In this document: positions 50,036 through 59,952 of the stretch, piece after piece
How positions within the stretch are numbered: the first letter of the stretch is position 1
Layout of the letters: every line of letters starts with the position of its first letter
IMG/VR virus record: IMGVR_UViG_3300020714_000006
Strand: one strand, 5' to 3'
DNA: 64,000 nt
Source of the DNA: a virus
Taxonomy: Duplodnaviria > Heunggongvirae > Uroviricota > Caudoviricetes
Made by a program: the position numbers and the translations under genes
Notes under the pieces: generated by a model
Seen by the model: the letters and a program-made list of their open reading frames with translations, nothing else
Database searches by the model: none
Told to the model about the DNA's origin: nothing

Positions 50036-50405
50036 CTTCTGATATACTAGCACCGGTAGATTGATAGGTGCCGTTAGCAATGGAATGTACTTCACATTGA
50101 GCGTAACAACTGTGCAGAAGCAGTGACTTTACTGACTACCCACACCTCGTGTTGTGGATGATGATTGGATACGCCTTACGTAAAACCAATTTCGGTAACT
50201 TGAACAAATGAAAAAAGGCTAAAAGACTGGGTAATTCCCAGACGTATTAGGAATATGACTAGAGTATTTTCCTAATACCACCGTTGGACAATGAAACAAA
50301 AACGCACTTCGAGGTAACGGCCAACCGCCTCTGTAATTAGTGTAACTCTAGGTAATGAAGTCAACTCAGATGAAATTATTTTTTTGCTCCCTTCGGGGGG
50401 CAAAA
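50036..50405 (+). ncRNA. candidate large structured ncRNA (unclassified)
   Basis: No credible ORF; GC-richer than its flanks; many nested helices, a long-range closing helix, two possible pseudoknots, cUUCGg hairpin. Confidence 0.6.
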
Positions 50406-50549
50406 TTCGTAAATCGTAATCTAGATGAATATCTATCATATAATTACTCTTTGATAATAAGAGAAATGTGGTGAACGTAAGTGAACCACAGGAGAACTAT
50501 GTTCTCCTTATAATAATAGATAAATATATTATTAAATGGATTATTTAAA

Positions 50550-51281
50550 ATGAAAGTATATGAAATTATAAGTAGAAATGAACCTGTAAATGAGAATCTT
50601 AAATCATCAATATTAGGTGGTATTAAAAAATTTATTGGAAAAAATAAAAAATCTGTAGGACTTGGTAGCAGTGCTGCTAAAATAGCTTCTCCATTACAAA
50701 ACATATCACAACAATTAACTTCTGGTATTACTATACTTAAAAATCTTGGTGTATATGGATTATTTGGATATGAGATCAACAAATACGTAGATGAAATACA
50801 ACAAGGAATAGAACATGTTGAAGCAGGTGATTGGAATGATGCAACATTTCAAACATATCGTAAACAAAGATCTGCGATATTTATATCAACACTTTCTACT
50901 ATGATATTAAGTTCTATGGGATCTAAGATGGTTGGCAGTGCTGCCAATATGCTTACGTTTGGGTTGTTATCAAAGTGGTTTCCATTTCTAACAAAATTAT
51001 CAACAACCGCTCTTCAATTATATTTTATGAATTATGTAGTAAACACAAAGGAAGGTGCCGACTATATAGCACGATTTCTTGCAAGCCCAGTGATAGGTGA
51101 TGTATTTGGGAATGGGAGTGTAGCAGCAGTTGACTGGATATCTAAAAAAATGGATCAAACTTTGGGAATGTCAATACCAGGTGCAGCTACAAAAGATACA
51201 CCTGATAATCCACAAGTTCAACAAGTACCATTTCAATCCAAACTTAAATCAGGGTCTATTAATAATATAGTTGATTGGTAA
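50550..51281 (+). CDS. late hypothetical protein with hydrophobic segments
   Basis: GATAAATA at 50519-50526; 243 aa. Confidence 0.7.
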   Translation: MKVYEIISRNEPVNENLKSSILGGIKKFIGKNKKSVGLGSSAAKIASPLQNISQQLTSGITILKNLGVYGLFGYEINKYVDEIQQGIEHVEAGDWNDATFQTYRKQRSAIFISTLSTMILSSMGSKMVGSAANMLTFGLLSKWFPFLTKLSTTALQLYFMNYVVNTKEGADYIARFLASPVIGDVFGNGSVAAVDWISKKMDQTLGMSIPGAATKDTPDNPQVQQVPFQSKLKSGSINNIVDW

Positions 51282-51497
51282 TTATAATATAGGCATTTGA
51301 GTTTCTTTTGTTAATTCAATATGATCTTTGATAATATTATCAAGAATATTCATATCTTCATACGAATAAATGTGGAGTAAATCATTTACAGTTACTCCAC
51401 CACGCATATGCCAGCTTGTTCTGAACAAATGATCTTTAAATTCTAATACTTCGTTATCTAGCCTAATAAGATATTTTTCTATTTCGTCATCAGACAT
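51282..51497 (-). CDS. small baseplate hub assembly-like protein (gp51-like position)
   Basis: Downstream of the gp26-like gene. Confidence 0.5.
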   Translation of the reverse strand: MSDDEIEKYLIRLDNEVLEFKDHLFRTSWHMRGGVTVNDLLHIYSYEDMNILDNIIKDHIELTKETQMPIL

Positions 51498-51502
51498 ACT
51501 TA

Positions 51503-52330
51503 TTAGGCATTGGCGAAAAAAGATGCGGCATCTAAATCTAAACTTATTGGTTCATCTTGACCACAACTAGGACATTTAATAATAGATGGTGGAATCTTCC
51601 AACTATCCATGTTACCATCCATAACTTTTCTTATTTTTCTAATTATATCTTGATCACAATTATCTAACCATTCTTTAATAAAACCATATTCTGCAACTAT
51701 ACTTTCTGGTGTTTCGATGTGTGAAATACTTGCCAATAATACTTTACTTTGAAGTACCCCAAATTCCTCATAAATGTTTGACAACAAAATCTGACGTTCG
51801 TCACTATCATCCATTTCATATATTTTTTTCAATTGTTTTTGTAATGTAAAATTTTCTAAACCTAACGACGTTGCTTGCTTATAAGTCAACGGTTTGATTT
51901 TTATTATTAAATCATTAATCATAACTGATGTTTCAAACTTACAATTGTTGTAATGTGTTAAGAAATAACTTACATCTATTCCATATGTGTTTTCAGTTGA
52001 GCATGATTTACAGATAGATGTAATATCCATATTACTGCCATATGTCGCAATTCTTATTGCTACTAATATGCTATCTACGTCTAAATTTGTAATTTCCCAA
52101 GCATTAGTGATATTTGGACAACAACTTTGAATAATCTTTACTGTACTTTCACCATTTAATAATGCATCTGGTGTTTTGACAATAATTTGATCCATTCCTG
52201 TCATTCCATAAATTGGAAGTTTTTCTACATCACCTGTAATAATTGATTCATCACAAAACTTACCTAAAGTTGGGAGTTTTAAATAAATTTTTGGTTGTCT
52301 AAAATAATTTTGTAACGGATTGTTTGACAT
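51503..52330 (-). CDS. gp26: baseplate hub assembly protein gp26-like
   Basis: PKIYLKLP, DVDSILVAIRIATYG, CKSC and CPSC, AASFF end. Confidence 0.75.
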   Translation of the reverse strand: MSNNPLQNYFRQPKIYLKLPTLGKFCDESIITGDVEKLPIYGMTGMDQIIVKTPDALLNGESTVKIIQSCCPNITNAWEITNLDVDSILVAIRIATYGSNMDITSICKSCSTENTYGIDVSYFLTHYNNCKFETSVMINDLIIKIKPLTYKQATSLGLENFTLQKQLKKIYEMDDSDERQILLSNIYEEFGVLQSKVLLASISHIETPESIVAEYGFIKEWLDNCDQDIIRKIRKVMDGNMDSWKIPPSIIKCPSCGQDEPISLDLDAASFFANA

Positions 52331-52339
52331 AAGATTCCT

Positions 52340-52361
52340 GATAAATATATGAATATTTATA
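52340..52361. promoter_or_regulatory. pair of opposed late promoters serving divergent genes
   Basis: GATAAATA (+, 52340-52347) and TATAAATA (-, 52354-52361). Confidence 0.65.
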
Positions 52362-52385
52362 TATTAAATTTTTTAGGAAAATAAA

Positions 52386-54413
52386 ATGACAGAACAAGTA
52401 GATTTTAGTGATAGAAGTATTGAAAAGTTAGTTAGAGGTATAACTGGGAATACTGGTGGAAATAGTCGCCCATCATTTAGTTCTGGGTCTGGTTCTGGTC
52501 TTGAATCAATGTTACCAACTGGAATTTTTGGTAACGTAGCCAAAACAATGAACAGTTTTATCGATAGTACTAAATCTGGTCTTGACCAATGGCGATATGC
52601 TAATAGTAATTTTGGTATGGCACTGAATAATGATGCTGGACAATTAAATGCATCAGTTACCCAAACTAGAATGACATTCAATGAATTTATAGATGCAGTA
52701 GACTATGGAAAAATTGGGTTTACCTCTATTGGTGGCACCATGACCGAAAGTGCTAAAGTTTTCTTAAAAGTATCTACTGAACTATCTGATATAAATGGTG
52801 ATGCATTAAGACAAATGGGATTTGAACAAGGCGAATATAATAAATTATTAGCCATAACAATGTCATCATCACGCCACCTTGATTTACAAAAGAAAGAAGA
52901 TCAGGCAAAAGCTAGGGAATCAACTGTCGCATTGGCTACCGAAATGGACAAAATGGCCAAATTAACTGGTATCAGTAGAAAAGAGCAAGAAGACAATATG
53001 ATTGCTGTGCAAAATGATATGAGGGTTCAAGCAAAATTTAGGGAAATGGAGAAGCAAGGACTTGATACAACAGCATTAAAAACCCAATATAAAAATGCAA
53101 TGGCAATGGGTGAAGGCGCCAGGGATTCGATGCAACAGATAATTACTGGCGGTCAAATGACCCAAAAAGCAATTTATTATAATATGCAAACTGGTGCAGA
53201 ACTTCATAGTGCACAATCAGCAGCCACTCAACAAATGATGTCTAGAAATGCCGAAGAAAGAGCAGCGGGTGAACGTAATTCATTAATTGCACAAGAAACT
53301 GCAAAAGCTAAATTGTTGTCAGATACATCACTTAATAACATTGCAATGACTCAAATAAATAACGAATTTGTAGAAAGTTTATTAGAAAATCAGAGGGGAG
53401 CACTAAAGGGTGGGGGTGGTGCAACAAATAAAACTTCCGATGAAAATAATATAAAAATCCAAGAGGGTTTGTTAAAAAGATTAGAGATCGTTGAAAAAGA
53501 CCAAAGAGGACTAGATGTTGAAGGGATAAAGTCAAAAGGAACTGAAGCTACTCAATTTAATGTAAAAGTTGGCACAACACTGCTAGATTTCAGCAAAAAA
53601 TCCGGTGAAATTCAAGAATCGTTGAATAATGCGTGGGGTAGAGAAATTGAACAATTAAAATTATTAGATAATCTTACTGAACTACGTAACATAGACGGAA
53701 AGGCATTTGCTGATAATATTGGTGGTATGGGTAGTGCTATAGATAATTTTAGTAAATCATTGAATAATGGCACTGCGACAAAAGACCTGCTAACAAATAT
53801 TCAAACGCTTGCTGAAAGTAGTTTTGCAGCAATTACCAAGGGAGCAGCAAAAGGTATGGAGATTGGATTAAATCAATTTGATGCCAAAATCAAGCCAAGT
53901 CCAGAAGTTTCTGGTCCAATTATTCAACCTCCTGGACATATTACAAAACCAGGACGAGCTGGTGGTTCTAAAGAAGCAACTGGTGAATGGTTTGAAAATT
54001 TTGGTGCTGGTACTGATATGACATTACACGGTATGGAAGCAGTAGTTCCAAAAGATAAAATGCCGCAATTTATTGCAGAAATGCAACAACAAATGATGGG
54101 TAAAAAATCTCCAAATGATGTTTTTACACAACTGGAAAATATATCAAAAAATAATTTAGCAAAACTTGAATCATCAGAAATGTATAAAAGAAATAATTCA
54201 GTACCACCTGCTGTTCAACCACCGGTTCCACCTGAAAATAAACCACAGTTGCCTGAAACTGGGGCAGTAACTATAAAAGATCTTAATGATCAGCTAACAA
54301 AGTTAAATACAATAATGGTTAAGTTGGTATCGAATACTACTGAAATGATTGACGTCGAAAATAATATATATAGAGCAACTAAACGAACATCTCGTGATTT
54401 ACACGCAAGATAA
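52386..54413 (+). CDS. tape-measure-like protein
   Basis: Helical A/Q/M-rich 675 aa; C-terminal TLHGMEAVVP; between hub and portal genes. Confidence 0.6.
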   Translation: MTEQVDFSDRSIEKLVRGITGNTGGNSRPSFSSGSGSGLESMLPTGIFGNVAKTMNSFIDSTKSGLDQWRYANSNFGMALNNDAGQLNASVTQTRMTFNEFIDAVDYGKIGFTSIGGTMTESAKVFLKVSTELSDINGDALRQMGFEQGEYNKLLAITMSSSRHLDLQKKEDQAKARESTVALATEMDKMAKLTGISRKEQEDNMIAVQNDMRVQAKFREMEKQGLDTTALKTQYKNAMAMGEGARDSMQQIITGGQMTQKAIYYNMQTGAELHSAQSAATQQMMSRNAEERAAGERNSLIAQETAKAKLLSDTSLNNIAMTQINNEFVESLLENQRGALKGGGGATNKTSDENNIKIQEGLLKRLEIVEKDQRGLDVEGIKSKGTEATQFNVKVGTTLLDFSKKSGEIQESLNNAWGREIEQLKLLDNLTELRNIDGKAFADNIGGMGSAIDNFSKSLNNGTATKDLLTNIQTLAESSFAAITKGAAKGMEIGLNQFDAKIKPSPEVSGPIIQPPGHITKPGRAGGSKEATGEWFENFGAGTDMTLHGMEAVVPKDKMPQFIAEMQQQMMGKKSPNDVFTQLENISKNNLAKLESSEMYKRNNSVPPAVQPPVPPENKPQLPETGAVTIKDLNDQLTKLNTIMVKLVSNTTEMIDVENNIYRATKRTSRDLHAR

Positions 54414-54425
54414 GGAAATACATAA

Positions 54426-57400
54426 ATGGCATGGAAAAAATTCTTCACACCGGTAGAACAGGGCAATAATTTAAGTCCAGTATCCGGTAATACATCTAAG
54501 GCAGGACCAGCTAGAACTAATTATTCTAGTTACTTACCTGATGTTTATACTGGTAGTCCAAATAGAGTGGACAGATATCAACAATATGAAGTAATGGACA
54601 GTGATCCAGAAGTAAATGCTGCGCTCGATATATTAGCAGAATTCTGTACACAAAAAGAAAAAGACGGTAAAAGCCCATTTAATGTTAAATGGCGTAGTAA
54701 AGCAACCAATTCTGAAGTAAGAATATTGGGTGAATATTTACAACAATGGAATAGATTACAATTATTTGATACTAGAATATTTCGCATTGTTAGAAATGTA
54801 TTTAAATATGGTGATGCATTTTTCATCAGAGATCCTGAAACACAAAAATGGACATGGGTTGACCCAACTAAAATTGTAAAAATTATAGTCAACGAAAGTG
54901 ATGGTAAAAAACCAGAACAATATGTTATTAAAGATTTAGCTCCAAATTTTGAAAGTTTAGTAGCTACACAAATAACACCAAATGTTAATCCACGACAAAA
55001 TGGAATGGGTGTAATTCCTAGTAGCGGCTATTCAGGTGCTGGACCAACCAATAGTGGTTCATCTGGAGCATCTGCATCTAGTACTGGTAATCGTTGGGGA
55101 TTAGCAGAAACTGAACATGCTATTAATTCTGAACATGTTATTCACTTATCATTATCTGAAGGATTGGATAACAATTTTCCATTTGGAAATAGTTTATTAG
55201 AAAATGTATTTAAAGTATACAAACAAAAAGAATTATTAGAAGATGCAATTTTAATATATCGTATTCAAAGAGCACCAGAACGCAGAGTATTTCATATTGA
55301 TGTTGGAAATATGCCAAGTCATTTAGCAATGGCATTTGTTGAGCGTGTTAAAAATGAAATACATCAAAGAAGAATACCAAGTCAAACTGGTGGTGGACAA
55401 AATGTAATAGATAGCGCATATAATCCCCTATGTCTTGATTTATCTACTAGAATACCATTATTAGACGGTAGAGTATTGACATTAAATGAATTAATAACTG
55501 AATTTGAACAAGGTAAAGAAAATTGGGCATATAGCTGTAATCCAGAAACAGGAAAAGTTGTACCTGGTGTTATTAATTGGGCTGGCGTCACTAGAAAAAA
55601 TACCGAGGTTATACAATTAACTTTTGATAATGGTGAAACATTGATATGTACACCTGATCACAAAATACCAGTATTTGGTAAAGGTTTTGTAGAAGCGAAA
55701 GATTTGGCAGCCGATGACAGTTTAATTGCTTTTAATATTAGAGACAAATCGATATCCGGTGGTAAAACTAACAAGTATCAACAAGTATGGGATCATGAAA
55801 CAAAAGCATGGATTTGGACACATAGAATGGTTGGTGAGTTTTTTAGAGAACGTGATAAACATCAAGAATTTACATATCTTGCAGAATATGTAAATTCTGC
55901 AAAATGTACTATTCATCATAAAGACAGTAATCGATTTAATAATGATCCAAGAAATCTAACATATATGAATAAAGAAGATCATATTTTATATCATTCTGTT
56001 CAGAAACATGATTTTTGGAAAAACATGAGTGATGAATATAGAAGTCAAATGACTGATAAAATTTCAAAATCATTAAAAAAATATTGGGCTGAGATGACTC
56101 CTGTTGAACGAACATCTGCACTATGGAATATTCGTAATGCACAACAGAAAGCAGTATGGATGAGACAAAATGACAGAGAAACAATGCAAAGATATAAATC
56201 TGCTGCTAGTGCATCTAGAAAACAATATATTAAAAATAACCCAGAATTTAAAAAAATTCTTGATAACAATCTTAAATCAAGAGTAAAAATTAAAAATCAA
56301 GAATTGAGTTTGACTTTTCCGATGTTACAACGAATAGCTGACAAGGTTAACGCTGGTTATACAAATAAAAATGAAGTTATTTCATTGTGTGATGATGACA
56401 ATATATTGTTAGAAATGGTTAGGAAAGAGAATTCTACCAAAATGGAATACAAAAATGCACAATGTAAAATTGATTTTTCAAAATTTGGTTATAGTAAATT
56501 AGATCGACTTATTAACAAATTTGGTTATAAGAATTGGAAGACATTCGTTAAAAATATTGAAACTTTTAATCATAAAGTAGTGAAGATTGAAAAGATTTCA
56601 AATAGAGATACCGGTACTATAACAATCGACGGAACTGAATGCTGGCATGATTATCATACATTTGCAATCGAAAGTGGAATTTTTGTTAAAAATTCAATAA
56701 ATGAAGATTACTTCTTCCCGATGACTGCGGATGGTCGTGGTAGTAAAGTTGATGTATTACCAGGTGGTACAAACCTTGGTGAAATTGATGATTTAAAATA
56801 CTTTACCAACAAATTATTCCGTGGTTTACGTATACCAAGTTCTTACTTACCAACTGGTGCAGATGATAGTCAAGCATCATTTAATGATGGACGTGTTGGA
56901 ACAGCATACATTCAAGAATTAAGATTTAACAAATACTGTGAAAGATTGCAAAATCTTATTACAGCTATATTTGATAATGAATTTAAATTGTTTATGAATT
57001 CACGTGGTGTAAATATTGATTCTAGTTTATTTGAATTGTCATTTAATCCGCCAATGAACTTTGCAAGTTCTCGACAAGCTGCAATGGATACTGAACGTAT
57101 TAATACATTTAATACTATTCAGGGTATTCCATATATGAGTAAAAGATTTGCTATGAAACGTTTCTTGGGATTGAGTGATGATGAAATGGCAGAGAATGAA
57201 CGTTTATGGGGTGAAGAATCAGGAAAAGGTCAACCAACACATACTGATGCGGCTGGTGAAATGCGAAGTGCTGGATTATCAGCTGCTGGTATTGAAGGTG
57301 ATATGGGCATGGCTGGTGATTTAAGTGCACCAGACGGTATGGAAGGTGAAATGCCACCATCTGAAGCGGGTGCACCTGGTGTTGCGCCTGGAATGCCTGG

Positions 57401-57431
57401 TGGAATGCCAGGTTCTGCTCCACAAGTATAA
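54426..57431 (+). CDS. gp20: portal vertex protein gp20, intein-containing
   Basis: LLEDAILIYRIQRAPERRVFHIDVGNMP; EDYFFP; LPGGTNLGEIDDLKYF. Confidence 0.93.
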   Translation: MAWKKFFTPVEQGNNLSPVSGNTSKAGPARTNYSSYLPDVYTGSPNRVDRYQQYEVMDSDPEVNAALDILAEFCTQKEKDGKSPFNVKWRSKATNSEVRILGEYLQQWNRLQLFDTRIFRIVRNVFKYGDAFFIRDPETQKWTWVDPTKIVKIIVNESDGKKPEQYVIKDLAPNFESLVATQITPNVNPRQNGMGVIPSSGYSGAGPTNSGSSGASASSTGNRWGLAETEHAINSEHVIHLSLSEGLDNNFPFGNSLLENVFKVYKQKELLEDAILIYRIQRAPERRVFHIDVGNMPSHLAMAFVERVKNEIHQRRIPSQTGGGQNVIDSAYNPLCLDLSTRIPLLDGRVLTLNELITEFEQGKENWAYSCNPETGKVVPGVINWAGVTRKNTEVIQLTFDNGETLICTPDHKIPVFGKGFVEAKDLAADDSLIAFNIRDKSISGGKTNKYQQVWDHETKAWIWTHRMVGEFFRERDKHQEFTYLAEYVNSAKCTIHHKDSNRFNNDPRNLTYMNKEDHILYHSVQKHDFWKNMSDEYRSQMTDKISKSLKKYWAEMTPVERTSALWNIRNAQQKAVWMRQNDRETMQRYKSAASASRKQYIKNNPEFKKILDNNLKSRVKIKNQELSLTFPMLQRIADKVNAGYTNKNEVISLCDDDNILLEMVRKENSTKMEYKNAQCKIDFSKFGYSKLDRLINKFGYKNWKTFVKNIETFNHKVVKIEKISNRDTGTITIDGTECWHDYHTFAIESGIFVKNSINEDYFFPMTADGRGSKVDVLPGGTNLGEIDDLKYFTNKLFRGLRIPSSYLPTGADDSQASFNDGRVGTAYIQELRFNKYCERLQNLITAIFDNEFKLFMNSRGVNIDSSLFELSFNPPMNFASSRQAAMDTERINTFNTIQGIPYMSKRFAMKRFLGLSDDEMAENERLWGEESGKGQPTHTDAAGEMRSAGLSAAGIEGDMGMAGDLSAPDGMEGEMPPSEAGAPGVAPGMPGGMPGSAPQV
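55431..56693 (+). mobile_element. intein (421 aa) with HNH endonuclease in the portal gene
   Basis: Starts CLDLSTRIPLLDG; block B CTPDHK; HNH IHHKDSNRFNNDPRNL; ends HTFAIESGIFVKN followed by Ser; removal restores YNPL|SINEDYFFP. Confidence 0.92.
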
Positions 57432-57438
57432 ATACATT

Positions 57439-57675
57439 ATGATTTTACGAGAATTATTTTATATAGATCCAGATACTAGACAGGTTGCTAGTGAGTTACG
57501 TTACGAACCAAAACGTGATGAGACTACTATGCACCGTGGTGATACTAGAAAGTCACGACTAACTTTAGGTCAATTAAATGAACTTAGAAAAAGTAGTGAA
57601 GCTCATTTATTAGAGCAAGAAGCAGAATTGGATTTTATTCATGCAATGTATTCTACACCACCACCTACTGCATAA
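57439..57675 (+). CDS. small head-module protein
   Basis: ATG 4 nt after TATAAATA (57427-57434); MILRELF. Confidence 0.65.
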   Translation: MILRELFYIDPDTRQVASELRYEPKRDETTMHRGDTRKSRLTLGQLNELRKSSEAHLLEQEAELDFIHAMYSTPPPTA

Positions 57676-57775
57676 ATTCACAAAAATAGCCTTTTTTGAC
57701 TATTATAGCTACATATTTACTAAATAATGTAAATAAGATACAGCCTTGCATGTAATATTAACAGGAGAATTACTA

Positions 57776-58645
57776 ATGACAGATCGCGCACAATTTGAAG
57801 CTATGCTTGAAGCTTTGATCAATGAAGATCAAGAAACAGCAAAAGAAATTTTTCACAACATTGTTGTTGGAAAATCACGTGAAATATATGAAGAATTATT
57901 AGAATCAGACTTCCCAGGTTCTGAAGAAGAAGAGGAAGAAGAAACTGATTCTGAAGAAGACGAAGAAGAATCAGATGAAGAAGATGATTCAGAAAATCCT
58001 TTTGGTGATGATGAAGAATCAGATGATGAAGAAGATGATTCAGAAAATCCATTTGGTGACGAAGAAGATGATGAAATGGGTGAAGGTGATTTAGAAGATC
58101 GCGTAATGGACCTTGAAGATGCATTAGAAGAATTAAAAGCTGAATTTGAAGAATTGTTAGCTGGTGAAGAAAATGAGCCAGAACATTCTGATATGTTTGG
58201 TGGTGAAGAAGAACCAGAATTTGGTGACGAAGAAGGTGAAGAAGATGAATTTGGCGCTGAGTTAGGTGCTGATGACCAAGAAGTTAAAGAAATTACAGTT
58301 AACCATAAATTTCCAAAAGATGAAATGGAAGCATTCATGGAATATGTAAACAAAGTTGCATTACCAAAACATGGTGACAATGGTGTTCAAACTAAATCAG
58401 TTATTGACAACATGAAAAATGACATGGGTGGTAAAGTAATTGGTCGTTCTTCAGATGAAACAAAAGGTGGATCAAATGGTGGATTGTTAAATCCAGCTAC
58501 AAAACCACAAACTGGCGGTAACGTAAATGTACCTGGTGCTAAATCAGCTACAAAATTAAGTTCAGTTAGTAAAGGTCACGGTGCTGAGAAAAAAGGTACT
58601 GGTGAAAAATCAGTAAACGACACAAGTTTATTTAGAGGTAAATAA
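57776..58645 (+). CDS. acidic prohead core protein-like
   Basis: AGGAG SD; very E/D-rich with duplicated SDxEDDSENPFGD; between portal and protease. Confidence 0.7.
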   Translation: MTDRAQFEAMLEALINEDQETAKEIFHNIVVGKSREIYEELLESDFPGSEEEEEEETDSEEDEEESDEEDDSENPFGDDEESDDEEDDSENPFGDEEDDEMGEGDLEDRVMDLEDALEELKAEFEELLAGEENEPEHSDMFGGEEEPEFGDEEGEEDEFGAELGADDQEVKEITVNHKFPKDEMEAFMEYVNKVALPKHGDNGVQTKSVIDNMKNDMGGKVIGRSSDETKGGSNGGLLNPATKPQTGGNVNVPGAKSATKLSSVSKGHGAEKKGTGEKSVNDTSLFRGK

Positions 58646-58648
58646 AAT

Positions 58649-59275
58649 ATGTTTCATCTCCGAGAAAACCTCAGTTTCAACGAAGCTAATATGATTGTTG
58701 AATCTGATGACAGAGACGGTAAAAACTTGTATATGAGTGGAATTTGCATTCAGGGAGGCATTCGCAATGCCAACCAACGAGTTTATCCTGTTAGTGAGAT
58801 TAGCAAGGCTGTTAAGACCCTTAATGATCAGATTCAGAACGGTTATTCAGTTCTCGGAGAAGTAGATCATCCAGATGATCTAAAAATAAATTTGGACCGT
58901 GTATCCCATATGATAACTAATATGTGGATGGACGGACCAAATGGTTACGGCAAGCTTAAAATCTTGCCAACCCCTATGGGACAACTGATTAAAACAATGC
59001 TGGAAAGTGGAGTTAAATTGGGAGTGTCTTCTAGAGGTTCTGGAAACGTCAGCGGTGACGGTTCTAATGAAGTATCAGATTTTGAGATTATCACAGTAGA
59101 TATGGTGGCCCAGCCATCCGCTCCAGGTGCTTACCCAACACCAATTTATGAACATCTTATGAATACAAAAGGTGGTTATAATGCCTTTCGCATAGCGCAA
59201 GAGGTGAAAGGTGATCCACACGCGCAAAAATATCTCAAAGAATCTTTAGTTAATATTATTAATGGATTGAAATAA
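58649..59275 (+). CDS. gp21: prohead protease gp21
   Basis: NANQRVYP, LGEVDHP, VSH, GVSSRGSG, DMVAQPS. Confidence 0.93.
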   Translation: MFHLRENLSFNEANMIVESDDRDGKNLYMSGICIQGGIRNANQRVYPVSEISKAVKTLNDQIQNGYSVLGEVDHPDDLKINLDRVSHMITNMWMDGPNGYGKLKILPTPMGQLIKTMLESGVKLGVSSRGSGNVSGDGSNEVSDFEIITVDMVAQPSAPGAYPTPIYEHLMNTKGGYNAFRIAQEVKGDPHAQKYLKESLVNIINGLK

Positions 59276-59940
59276 TGACGATTGCTTATTTGTATAAATG
59301 GACAAATAAATTATCTGGAAAATGGTACATAGGCTCTAGAACTAGAAAAGATTGTCATCCAAATGATGGCTATATTTGTTCCAGTAAACTTGTTAGACCA
59401 ATGATAATTGAAGATCGGTCTAATTGGAAAAGAACCATTTTGGTTATTGGTAATCCACCATATATTAGAGAATTGGAAAGTAAATTATTAACTAGTTTAA
59501 ATGCTGCGGACAGTAACATGAGTTTTAATCAACACAATGGTGCTGGAAAATTCTCTACTACTGGAATAGCCACAAGTAATAAAGGTAAAACTGGATTACA
59601 AGTAGCATGGAATAAAGGACTACCAAAAGAAAAACAACCATTTTTTGGAAAATCAATTAGTCATGAAGTTCGTGAAAAATTGAGTATTAGAAAACAGGGT
59701 GAAAATAACCCAATGTACGGTAAACCAGCGTGGAACAAGGGTTTAACTGGTATAATCCATTCTGAAGAATCAAATAAAAAACGCAGTGAATCTTTGAAAG
59801 GGAAATCTCGTTCACCAGAAACGATAGCAAAAATAAAAAGAACAAAAGCAGCTAACAAAGCTGCGAAACTAAATACCGCAGTAGAAATACCAACGTATAA
59901 CAAAACCGAGAACCTGTATTATACAGGAAATCTCCACTAA
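59275..59940 (+). CDS. Seg-like GIY-YIG homing endonuclease
   Basis: YLYKWT...WYIGSR; AWNKG and GENNPMYGK NUMOD3 repeats; paralog of 48423..49136. Confidence 0.75.
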   Translation: MTIAYLYKWTNKLSGKWYIGSRTRKDCHPNDGYICSSKLVRPMIIEDRSNWKRTILVIGNPPYIRELESKLLTSLNAADSNMSFNQHNGAGKFSTTGIATSNKGKTGLQVAWNKGLPKEKQPFFGKSISHEVREKLSIRKQGENNPMYGKPAWNKGLTGIIHSEESNKKRSESLKGKSRSPETIAKIKRTKAANKAAKLNTAVEIPTYNKTENLYYTGNLH

Positions 59941-59952
59941 TAGGAGAACCAC

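Noticed and set aside
50382-50405. Intrinsic terminator
   Set aside because: Strong hairpin, but no U-tract follows on either strand; treated as part of the candidate RNA.
50036-50405. tRNA, tmRNA, RNase P or self-splicing intron
   Set aside because: No cloverleaf/T-loop, no GAGGAAAGUCC, no convincing P7 or domain V, and no interrupted gene flanks it.
57930-58075. GAA/GAT-rich tandem repeats as a non-coding repeat element
   Set aside because: Explained by the low-complexity acidic tract of the prohead core-like protein.
57853-58380. Ser-rich antisense ORF and other short opposite-strand ORFs in the track (e.g. 631..900, 50444..50782, 60678..61010)
   Set aside because: Shadow frames of biased coding strands with no SD, promoter or motif support.
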